In this document: positions 53,330 through 64,000 of the stretch, piece after piece | Numbering within the stretch: the first letter of the stretch is position 1 | Layout: every line of letters begins with the position of its first letter | Assembly: GCF_963853765.1 (NCBI RefSeq) | Contig: NC_088854.1 | Coordinates: forward strand, 28,582,001-28,646,000 | Length of the DNA: 64,000 bases | Origin: Magallana gigas | Lineage: Eukaryota | Direction: 5' to 3' | Position numbers and translations under genes: made by a program | The notes under the pieces: generated by a model | What the model was told of the DNA's origin: nothing | Databases searched by the model: none | The model's input: the letters and a program-made list of their open reading frames with translations, nothing else

Positions 53330-56300
53330 ATTATATGCAGATAAGCCAGATATATAACCCCTTGCTTAGTTTCGTTAATACTATAAACCAAACAAATCAA
53401 ATCAGAGATTGTTAGTGTATTTTTAAGCCTAAAATGTTTATTAAAAGAATCAAAAGTATAATTATATATTCAATTTGATTTTTCCATTAAAGAATTTCAG
53501 AAATGTAGAAGTAGAAGACGCCTAATATCACTATATCTAATGTCCTAGTAAACCAATTCAAATCCTGGTTTTTGTTTTCAATTTAATGTAAAAAAGGGTG
53601 TTTTTAATCAGCTTTATACCAAACTTTAAAAAGAGGCTTTCTCTTATTCGAGGGATCAAACAACATTTGCGAACATTTTACATATACTTGCAATACTCAT
53701 TTTCTCTAACTAGTCAAGTTAATTCAAATGCATCTGATGCATATGTTGAATTGCATCATTAATCATTTTCTATTTTTTTTTTATAAAAAGCAAAGTAACC
53801 AACTTACCTAGAGAAATAAAAAAGATAACCATATATATTGTAATCACAACAAGGAGCGCGTGGACAGCCATGTCTCTTTGTTAGATGTAGTAATCTCTTT
53901 GCATTTTACACGCTTTTAATATCACAATTTATAAGCAACTCATTACAAATTAATAGGCAATATTGGTTTTTCGGGCAAAATTGATAAAATGTTGTTAATT
54001 TGAAATGTGACCTAGTCATACCGGGCAAAAGCAGCCCCCTTAACTATAAGACAATTGTAACTGTGATATGTAACTGTATCCTATTTGATATTTGAAATTA
54101 TCAGCTTCTGGTGTGAAGTTGCCTCTGCACTTTGCCTACATTTTTGGGTTTTTTTGTAATGTTTTTTATTCTGTACGACCAGTTTTTACTCATTCATGCA
54201 ATCGCTTTAGTGTTTGCTGGTATGTAGTTTTTAAATCTAAAGTTAGAAATAATTCTAAATCTAAATCTAGAAATTTGCTAGTAAATAGTTAGATTTAACA
54301 TTAATAAAAGATATTTGCTATCCATATGCAACATTCGTAAAAACTTAGACCTACACAATGGTTTGCTGACAGTTTCATAGGCAAGCACCTTCTCTCGATA
54401 TACATGTAACAAACACTTTGCGGAATTTGATTTCAATCGGATGAAAAACGGTAAAATACTATGTTCTATGAGTATTTGTTTTATTGAATTGGTATGGAGT
54501 AATTATAATATAATAATGGTTTTTATCTGTTACATTTTTTTAAAAATTTGATATATGATTTTATCCATGTGAGAATAAGACTCACTTATACTTAACAAAT
54601 AGATGCTTTCATTTTCAATGTTTACTAAAAAGTACCTGCAGCTGCGTAGGGATGGCATGGGACCTGTTATAGTATATGATCGTATTTGCTCGTCCACCCC
54701 GTCAATCATGTCAAGAATTACCCTTCGAGGAAAGCGATATCTTGAAATAAGCTCCGAGTCATTAAAAAAGTCCAGTGGTTGGGTTCTATCTCGAAAAACA
54801 CGCTGCTGTCTCAGAGAACGCTGCATAAATAAATATGTCGCCATTTTTATTACGCTACGTACGTTCCTACGTCTGCTGAACGTCACCCGTAGATTTTGAC
54901 GTAAATCTATGCCAAAACGTAAGATACGACCTTTAGTAAAACGCAAAATCAGGCTAAGTTACGTCTACGTCTACGTTTAGGTCTACGTTTCGAGTTACGA
55001 CCTTTAGTAAAACTGGCCCCTGGGCCTTCTCCATTCGTGTTCATGCGCTTGGTTAGAGATCATTGAAATCTTCTGCTATTTATGATTCTTAATATTGTTG
55101 CGTAGGTTTAAAAAACAATCCTATGGGTCAGAAAGATTTCGTAATTAGAATAATAAACCCCTGTATATGTTCAATAGTATATGGCATTTTAATAATCACA
55201 TACATATAATTTTATAAAAAGCAAAATAGCGGAAAAGGCAAAACAGACTCAGGAAGTGAGTATTAATCCCATACATATTCATCTACAACAAACGTAGATG
55301 GATAGATAAATACCAATCCCATACATATACAACAAACAGAAATAGATAAATACCAATCCCATACATATGCATGTACAACAAACGTATTTAGCAATTTTTC
55401 TCTTTAACATCCGACATTTAATGTATTTAAAAAGCCAAAAAATATGTCGTTACTAGTTATTTTGTTTTATCAGAATCTCAACTATATGCAGAAAACTAGG
55501 TATATCCCCCCTTTTTTATAATTTTTTTTTAGCTAGTCTCATTTTGTAAAGATCTAATTTTGTTATTGAAGAAAACAGTTTTGAATCTTTATTTTGAAAC
55601 CAAGTAATAATTGATAGATTTTCTTTCATAAACCTTTTAGAACAGAAAAACACCCAGAGCGCTTAGTTTCGTTAATACTGTAAACCAATCAAATTAATCA
55701 GATAACAAATGTTCATTAATAGTATCCGAAATATTATTCTATATTTTCAATTATATTTATCTATTGAAAAATATCATCGATGTAAAGATCAAAAAATGGT
55801 AAATGTAACTAGATAAAGACCTTAAAATCACTATATTTAATAACCTGGTAAACCGTTTCAACTCAGGTTTTTTTTAATTAATTGTTAAAAAATATATGTT
55901 TTTACATGTACTATTCTCCCCTGTAGAAAGTGTTCTTTTATCAGCTTTATACAAGTCTTTAAAGAAGACAGTTTCCTCTGTTTCTCTTTTCTCGAGATAG
56001 CTAACAACGTCAAGCTTTTTAAAGCATTTTACATTTACTTGCAATGCTCATTTTCTCTACCTGTTAAATTCAAATACATTTCATATACTAGTATTGAATT
56101 GCGTCATCAATACTTTTCTTTTTGTTAGTGAAAAGCAATGTTAACATACTTACTTACAGAAATTAAAAATATAACTATGTATATGTACACTAGAAGCACA
56201 ACAAAATTTTATGGAAAACCATAATGTTTCTTTGAGTCCAGTTGGATGTAGTAAACTATTTTGCATTTCACACACTCTTGATAACACGGTTTCAAAAGCA

Positions 56301-57070
56301 ACCCATTAAAAATTAATAGGACATTTTGGTTTTACGAGAAAAATTGGTAGAATGCTGTTAATTTGAAATGTGACCTAGTCATACCGGGTACGAGCACCTC
56401 CTAAAGTGATGGCATATTTGATATGTAACTGTATACTATTTGATATCTGAAATTATCAATTTTGGTGTAAAAGTTGCCTCTGCACTTTGCCTACATTTTT
56501 TTTTTAATTCAGTACGACCTTTTTTCTCATTCATACAATCTCTTAAGTGCTTGCTGGTTTGTAATTTTTTAATATGAAGCTGGAAAGAACTTTTAATTTA
56601 AATCTATAAATAATATGCTACTAATTAGTTAGATTTAACATTAATAAGACATATTTGCAATCCATACTAAATTTATGATTAATGAGACCTACACAATGGT
56701 TTGCTGACATTTTCACAGACAGGCGGCTTCTTCAACTTGTCAGTGATACGGATAATAAACGCCTTCTGTTAGTGTTACAAACCCTTTGCTGAAATTGATA
56801 CCAGTTGGATGAATAAATCTTGAGTGTATGGAAACACATACAGGTAAATTGTTGGCAGCAATTGGCCTTCTGGGCCTGCCCTATACGTGTGCAAGCGCTG
56901 GTGAAATTTTTTAGAACTTCTGCACATTTTGATTCTTTATATTCTTGTGTGGGGTTTAAACAATTCTATGAATCAAAAAGGTCCCGTAGGTAAAAATAAA
57001 CCCTTGTGTATGATCAATAATATGACATTTCAATAATCATATGTACTATATATAATAACAAGCAAAATCA
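53330..57070. repeat. Old local direct duplication: unit 1 about 53330-55330, unit 2 about 55480-57070
   Basis: Colinear blocks in both units: GCTTAGTTTCGTTAATACT.TAAACC, TTGAAATGTGACCTAGTCATACCGGG, GTTGCCTCTGCACTTTGCCTACATTTT, GACCTACACAATGGTTTGCTGACA, TGGGCCT..CC.AT.CGTGT. Confidence 0.8.
54600..55019 (-). mobile_element. PIF/Harbinger transposon 5' end with a truncated, frameshifted HARBI1-type transposase
   Basis: TIR GGGCCAGTTTTACTAAAGGTCGTAAC next to CTG; the TACGACCTTTAGTAAAAC motif is duplicated subterminally. ATG at 54844 gives MATYLFMQRSLRQQRVFRDRTQPLDFFNDSELISRYRFPR..., then after a frameshift RSHAIPTQLQV, typical of the HARBI1 N-terminus. The catalytic DDE region is absent. Confidence 0.85.
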
Positions 57071-57552
57071 TAGAAAAAGGCAAAACAGATTCAGCAGGCA
57101 CGTAGCACCGTTTTTGCTTTCTAAAAGGTCTTGACAAACAAAAAGGGAGGTTTGCAAATCGTGAAAATCCCAATCAATGTGTGTGTGTGTGTGTTGTTGG
57201 GAGAGGGGGTCGAATATATATAACTTCGATTTCAATGATAATTTCCTGTTTTTAACTTTAACTTTTAGATGCTCCCAAAATGTGTGTGTGGGGAGGGGGG
57301 AGGGGGCAGCTCCATGTTGTTTTAATTTTCTATATGTAAACTTGAGAAAAATGTTTGATGAGTGAAAACGTGCTGCCGCTCCCCCTCCCCCTCCTGATCC
57401 TACGTGTTTATTCAAGAAGTGACAGTTGATCACAAATTCATTTCTTTAATCTAACGAACTGATGTTCAATAACATTAATTTAGCTTCTTTTACTTACTTT
57501 TTACGATCAATTCATTAATCTGATAAAAGTGAAAAATGTGAAAAATGGAAAT

Positions 57553-58105
57553 ATTTAAACAATAAAATGCTTTCTTTGGTGATTCATCCGGGATATGAAG
57601 GTAGCGACATTGCAGAAAAAATACATAACCCGCGTTAAGGGGTTACGTACATTTTTTCTGCAATAATCGCTACCTTCATAACCCGCATGAATCATCAAAG
57701 AAAGCATTGTATTCTTTATAATAGCATCTTTCTTTTAGCTATTTGATAAATTGATTATGAAAAGTAAGTAAAATTCACTCAACTACTGTTAGTGTACGTA
57801 AGTACGTTAGCTAAAAGAAATAGCCAAATCGTCTCCTGTGAGACTTTGAGTCTGACATCGTCATTATTATTTCGTGCAGTCCGTGAGTTTTCCTAGGTCG
57901 CTGTACATGTATTTTTGGACCAATCGATAAACAGGTCGTGTCGGTATCTGTCCTGTCATTTTCTTGTCAGTTTCAGCCGCTGTAGATTTCGACCAATCGA
58001 TAAACGGGGCGTGTAGATTTCAGTCTGGTTGTTTCTATAGAGCTATGAATTAAATATTAGTTTCCGTAAGAAATAGAGGGAATAATACTTGGTAGATGTA
58101 AATAT
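57553..58105 (-). mobile_element. Second copy of the palindrome-terminated element at 23086-23624
   Basis: Reverse-complement match along its whole length, including the hairpin at about 57560-57720. Confidence 0.75.
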
Positions 58106-59009
58106 TAAAAAAATGCATGCGGGTTATGATATTTGACATACAGTGTAATTGCAGGAAAAAAATTATATAACGTGCTAACACTGAAGAGCTCTAATGAAAC
58201 AGTTGAAAATCACTATTGATTTCGGCATATCTGTTTTAATAAAATATATACACATTGTAGAATATCGACAAATAAAAATTTAAATCATTTAAGCAAAACA
58301 CTAACATCAGTGAAATTGTTTAAAACACGTTCTAGAGAACATAAAAGACTATATTTAGCTTCCGTCGTATTTTTACGAATAACATTTTTCACTGCACTAC
58401 GCTATATTCTTATGTACTTCCATCTCGAATAAATCATAACATTAAAATCCCATTTCTCTATAATATTTATTATTTTGTGCATTGACGTCCGATACAGCAG
58501 TCGCTCATTAAAAAAAAATTCCTTCAATTTCAAATACCATAACACACATGACAAGCACATTGTCAGTAACACTAGAAACTGTGCATCATATATGCATCTT
58601 TGCAGCATCTATTCTAACATGTTCAAAATCTTTGGATTGAATATCTAATTCTTAAATAAAATCGACTTTCTCGTGCCGTCCGGAATCGTCAGAATGAATA
58701 CTACTCGAACATACTCTACCCGTAATCACCTTCGAATCACCTACCTCATGAATATTCATCATTACCACAAAAGAAAATATTTTCAATCTAAATCACTACG
58801 TTCAAACGAAAGAAAATATATTTAATGCAAGAACATAAGCTGACTGTTTTCCTTGTGTGTTAATTGTATTTTCTTTTTTTCTTTTTTTTACTTTTTATAC
58901 ATATACGTTATCAAAGAACAAACTTACTTGAAGCGTATGATGAGATATTTAAAAGTTTAAAAAGTCTGCTATAATTCGCGTCTATTGATATCTAAGATGT
59001 GATTCTAGA

Positions 59010-59503
59010 AGGGGCATGGTCACGATTTTGGTCAAATTCTATTTTTATGTTTTTATTATTTACAATACTTTAGAAATACATTTCTAATAATCAAATAAAA
59101 TTTGAAAGTCATTCCTAGAGTTATAAGCAAGATACAGAGCTCACAATTCTTTGTCATGTAAACAAGGCCCGTGCCCTGTTTTTGTTTACATAGGTTCAAT
59201 ATACCAGTAAAAAATCTTTTTCCAGCTTATCTGCCTATCTTTTTATGTATTTTAAGCATAGATAATAAGTTCTTAACGTTTAAAACATTCTTTTTAGGTT
59301 TAAAACTGAAATTTTTACTTCACTGTTCAAAATGTAAATCAACGCTTTGTTTACATACCAAAGAATTTCAAGCTCTGTTACTCGCTCATAACTCAACAAA
59401 TGACAATCAAATTTCGGTCGCCTATTAAAAACGTCTTTCTTAAAGCATTGTAAATATTAAAATCGGAAAAATAATTTATGACCAAAATCGTGACCATGCC
59501 CCT
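59010..59503 (+). mobile_element. Family A MITE (TTAA, Kolobok-like)
   Basis: AGGGGCATGGTCACGATTTTGGTCA ... TGACCAAAATCGTGACCATGCCCCT|TTAA; interior colinear with 50635-51131. Confidence 0.88.
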
Positions 59504-59874
59504 TTAATGTTTTATTAGTATTTCTTGTTACAGCTTTAACATCTAGATTCGATCAAAGAATGAATTAATTACCGGTACTATGTAATCCATATTTTTCGTT
59601 TTTAGATATGGAGACACGTTCTGTGTTAAAAACTTTCAATTTGTAGTTCACCCTAGCTAGTTTTTGTTTTCCCCATGCTCTCATGTCCAATTATCTATAT
59701 AAATAAATTGGCCTTAAAGTTCAGTTCACAAAAGTCTGCTTATTAAGCATCTGGCATTTAACTCTAAATTGCTCGACATTTAATTACATGCCTAAAATTA
59801 CCGATAATACTACTTAAAAGGCTTGAAACCACATTTGTCCATATCAGCCTTCCTCTTCCGTTCATCAAGCGAAC

Positions 59875-62639
59875 ATGGAAAGAACTGCTCTTCTCATCGT
59901 ATTGGTATCAAGTCTGCTGGTATGTAGTATAGCATTGAATCATGAATTTTTTTTAAGTAACTAGTCTCATAACTGCAGCGGTGTGTGCATACAAATTGAG
60001 TAACGGGCGTTAGTGCCTTATGAAAATTTGTATGCACACATCGCTGCAGTTACGAGACTGTATGCGTAAAAAAATCATGATTTTAAGTAAATCCAGTGTT
60101 CTGTGATGTCATACTTTAATGTAAAACTTTGAAATATAAAATAGGAAATTTAGGATAGAATTAAGCTGCGAAATTTTCTTGAACTTAAGAGTAATTCTAG
60201 TTCTACAATTACTGTTAAGTTCAAGAAATTTTCGCAGCTTGATTTTATCCTAAATTTCCAATTTTTTATACATTTTATCTATACTAAGGGGAAATAACTC
60301 TTTTTCTGATTTTAACTTCATGCTTTGTCTGCAAATGTGATTTATACTTTAAAATTCCAATCTTATCCTCAGGGTAAGTTCATTACATGAAAGAGCTACA
60401 GTTACAGCCACAAGCGGGAACTTTGATTTTCGCTTATGACGTTGCAGTTTACAGCGTTCAACGTTTGTGATGTCATAATAAAACTCGTCTTTTTTACCTT
60501 TGAGTACCCTGTGTGCATGACAGTGTTATAACAGCCGTAGCTTTCAACACACTTTAAAAGCAAAAAATATGTGGAATGTAAATATTATAGCATTGAATCA
60601 CGATTTTTTGAAAGATAAAGTCTCATAACTGCAGCGATGTTTGCATAAAAATTGAGTAACGCGGGTTAGTGCGTTATGAAAATTTGAATGCACACACCGC
60701 TGCAGTTATGATACTGAAGTTTTAATAAAAAATTACGATTTAATGCTTATATTTACATTTTTTAACTTCTATTATGTCTGAAAATTTCAAAAAATTTCTA
60801 TCTTATCCGATAAGTAAGTTTATATTAATGGAAGGGCCACTGCAACAGCCATAAGCGTGAGTTTTGATTTTCTCTTGTGACGTCGCTTTTTACGGCGTTC
60901 AACGTTTGTGACGTGATAATTAAGCTCGTCATTTTAACCTTTGAGTACCCTGTGTGTATTACAGTGTTATAATTTAATTCTGGTTGTAACGCGCTTTCTG
61001 AATGGCTTATATATTATATTATATCGTATAAAGAATGTTGCCTACGTCATAGTAAAACTTACGTCAAAAACGTACCAATACGCCTGACGTTACGTTTGAA
61101 TTTTGTACAATTTTACGTCATTTTAAAGGTCATATGACCGATTTTATCTACAATGAAGAGAAAAAAAATTAAATTATAAGCAATAAATTCAATATTTATT
61201 AGTTTTATACGATATAAAATGGTTTGAAACAGTTTACGCTTTTTTATAAACAGCTTCGCGGTTTATAAAGCGTAAACTGCCTCAAACCATTTTATATCGT
61301 ATAAAACAAATAAATATTGAATTCATTCCTTAAATAACTGCCGTAACATTCAATTTAATTTACAAGCAAAAAATATGTGGAATGTAAATATCATATCATA
61401 TAATGTAGTTCTAAAGAAAATAAGGTTTGTGTTTACTGCACTTAACTTAAGTATTTATTAGTTTTTTGCTATTCCTGTGTACAATATCAGTAATTAAATT
61501 TCTGTGCTGCATACACTAGCTGTACATGTAGACATGTATATTAAATAAACTTTTAAATTTGTACCACAGTTGTCAAAATGTTTATTAATTGGCTGTGTAA
61601 CATATAAAATATGATGTATGTAACAAGGAGGGGACTATTTAAGTTTTAAAACTTGTGTCCAATCTTTTTGATATCTTTATAGTTAATAAGATATGTTCAT
61701 TTCAATTCAAATTAACCCGTGGAAAGTTGTCTTTAAAAAAAATTTCCCTTTTTTGAATTAATATATTTGAACGGGTCATATGATAACGTGTTTTGATATT
61801 ATTGCGATTAAAGTTTGCAAGATAAAACAACATGTATCTGATCTATAATTATTTTTAATATTTCCTTCTCGATTCCTCTACCGATAGTTTTTGAACGTTC
61901 AGTTTGTTGACGTTTTTATGTAGTTTTCATCCTGATATTGATAGTTTTTCCTCATGTGAACAAATGGAAGTCTTTTATTTGCCTGGTTTTTGTTTTGTTT
62001 CTTTGTTTATTTGGTATTTGATGGGTTTTTTTTTCGTTTGTCTTTTGTTTCTGTATTTTTGATTATTTGTTACTTAACTGATTTTTAAGTAAAAAGGAGA
62101 GGGTGGGTTGTGGCGTTTGCAAATTTAAGTTTAATTTAGATAAACCAGAATACAAAAATGAAATAAAGAAAATTGCCTTAAATTTTTTTTATAATTATTA
62201 TGAAAATAAGCTATTTAATCCTTAAACTACATAGAGTTTTTTTTCCCATAAATTGATTGCCTTAGAAAAAAGATATAATAGATCCTCTAAATGAGGTAAA
62301 AATGATGAGTCATTTCCATGCAACTATGGCATTGTCATAAAACATACAAATTCATTACCTAGCTAAAACTTCTGCTGAAATGGCAGAAAACTTACTGTCG
62401 AATTCCATGACTGGTTTTTTTTCAATGAAGTACCTCAAAAATACTTTGTTGATTTCAGATATCCAAGTCGGCAGGTCAATTTGTGCGAGGATATAATGCA
62501 AGTTACTTCGACATTATCTTGGAAGAAGTTTCGATCAAAAAGAACGGAGAGGAATTTTCGGTTGAATTCAAAAACATCAGAACTCTTTGGAGTGACAAGA
62601 TAAGGTCCTTGTGGTTTGTAAATGAAGTTCCGATTCTAA
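59875..62639 (+). CDS. Unrecognised secreted or membrane protein, first two coding exons (3'-partial)
   Basis: Exon 59875-59919 (MERTALLIVLVSSLL, donor GTATGT, upstream acceptor at 59847) joins in phase 0 to exon 62459-62639 (acceptor TTGTTGATTTCAG, donor GTAAGT). Product: MERTALLIVLVSSLLISKSAG/QFVRGYNASYFDIILEEVSIKKNGEEFSVEFKNIRTLWSDKIRSLWFVNEVPIL. The join completes a signal peptide ending S-A-G. Confidence 0.6.
59925..61400. repeat. Tandem and nested palindrome-bearing elements
   Basis: Hairpins at about 59925-60090, 60139-60267, 60570-60760 and 61185-61330. Direct repeats 60380-60560 and 60830-60975. The element at 60975-61335 interrupts the second unit. Confidence 0.8.
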
Positions 62640-62999
62640 GTAAGTCATTTTCCTATACCTTTTGATGATAACGAACAAACTATAATTATGGATTCAAGTT
62701 ATAAATGAATTATTCATCCTTTCCTCTAATACATGTATATTTATTAATTTATCTATCCACCGTCGAGAAGTTAGAGAAACAAAACGTTACTCAAACAGAG
62801 TCAAAATTCTCATAATTATAAAACTAACGATACATTGTGGTACATTTAAATCGGTCTCGAAAACATACGATATCAATGCCAACCAAACACTGGAGTTTCA
62901 CTGATATTGTTTGATTAAGATTTTCTTTGATTTCGTTGTTAGGTTGATCCACTAAATTCAATGTTCATTGAAGTCCAATATCTAATCATAAATTGCATT

Positions 63000-63650
63000 G
63001 ATAGGATCTCAAACTTGGAAACTTTAATCATAGAAAAGGTCTATGGAAATTTAATAATTGTTTGTTACATGATCCAGATTCCATTACCATGATCATGCAA
63101 ATCAAAGAAAATTATGCATTGCCCGTATATAGTGGAAATGGTTTTTCCACTATATCTGATTCTGAAATACAATTTACAATTGATGATCAGCTTTTCCTTG
63201 AAACTCTTTTAATGGAAATTAGGGGCAAAAACATATCTTATTCAAGCTTTATATAAAAAAAAGAAATAATGATAAAGAAAAAAATTATAGTTACAGAAAT
63301 GAATATATTAGAAGAAAACTGTGAACAAAATATAGGTCTGATTAATGAGAAAAAAAGGAATTAGAAATTTGAAGAAATCAAATGCCTATAGTCAGTATGG
63401 TGAGATCTAGAGCTAAATGAGCAGGTGAATGAGAAAAACCTACAAATTATTTTTTAAAATTTAAAAATCGACATTATACAAAAAAAAATACCGAAACTAA
63501 CAATAGAGGAAGAGAATTTAAAAGAAATTACAAACAAAAGGGAAACTCTGAATGAAATTGAAAGTTTTTATGAGAATTTATATAATAAAAATGATGAAAA
63601 CTTTGACTATAATCTAAATGAAATTTTAACAAACATTGAAATAAAAACAC
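63000..63650 (+). mobile_element. Degenerate L1/Tx1-clade LINE ORF2 fragment (linker between endonuclease and RT)
   Basis: RKGLWKFNNCLLHD..QIKENYALPVY..IQFTIDDQLFLETLLMEIRGKNISYSS..VRSRAK..EKNLQ..IPKL..EIESFYENLY, with stops and frameshifts. Cut at 63651 by TTAA|AGGTATATG, the likely start of another MITE. Confidence 0.85.
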
Positions 63651-64000
63651 TTAAAGGTATATGTTGCGTATTTTTTCATGCTAAGAAATATTTGATTGAT
63701 TTATTTATTTAAATAAGTTATATAAAGATATATCTTCACAATAAATTACGCAGTTTTTTCATTCGGATTAAAAAGATAAATAAATAAAAAATGTTTATAA
63801 TTATTATGGAGTCGATAGTAAATCCAGCACTTGAATAAACCCTGCCTTAAATCGGTCACGTGATACCACGCTCAGTCTATCACAACAACATTGGCGACGA
63901 CAAGAAAGATAGATATACCGTGAAGTTTCACAGATTTGGCATAAAACGAAAAAAGAGACAGACTGACAAAGATAGGAACAAAGGGAAGATTGTCAGTGGA

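Noticed and set aside
1-64000. Bacterial or viral contamination, or a prokaryotic defence system
   Set aside because: All real genes are spliceosomal-intron genes, or single-coding-exon genes with a spliced UTR. No operon-like or phage-like ORF blocks are present.

Overview
Eukaryotic, AT-rich, intron-containing DNA, most likely from an oyster or other bivalve (inferred from the B-box/NHL gene type and the repeat families). Contents in order: (1) GARNL3 (RapGAP + CNH domains) on +, 25 coding exons from 743 to 16584, possibly 5'-partial, with one GC-AG intron. (2) Three tandem B-box/coiled-coil/NHL-propeller (TRIM-like, RING-less) paralogs on -, 20.9-34.2 kb; each has a disrupted N-terminal half. 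(3) A complete INTS11 on -, 39574-47929, 18 exons including a 12-nt micro-exon, 605 aa. (4) A repeat-rich tract with an assembly gap, TTAA-flanked MITEs, a Harbinger remnant and a local duplication. (5) The first two coding exons of an unrecognised signal-peptide protein (59875-62639), followed by an L1/Tx1-type LINE fragment. The most interesting signal: TRIM-like copies 2 and 3 both carry an 18-residue hydrophobic segment followed by an N-glycosylation sequon between the coiled coil and the NHL propeller. This suggests a type II membrane 'B-box inside / propeller outside' architecture in a normally cytosolic family. No CRISPR array, rRNA or intact tRNA gene was seen. Exon coordinates were derived by hand from GT/AG sites and frame continuity; no database search was run.
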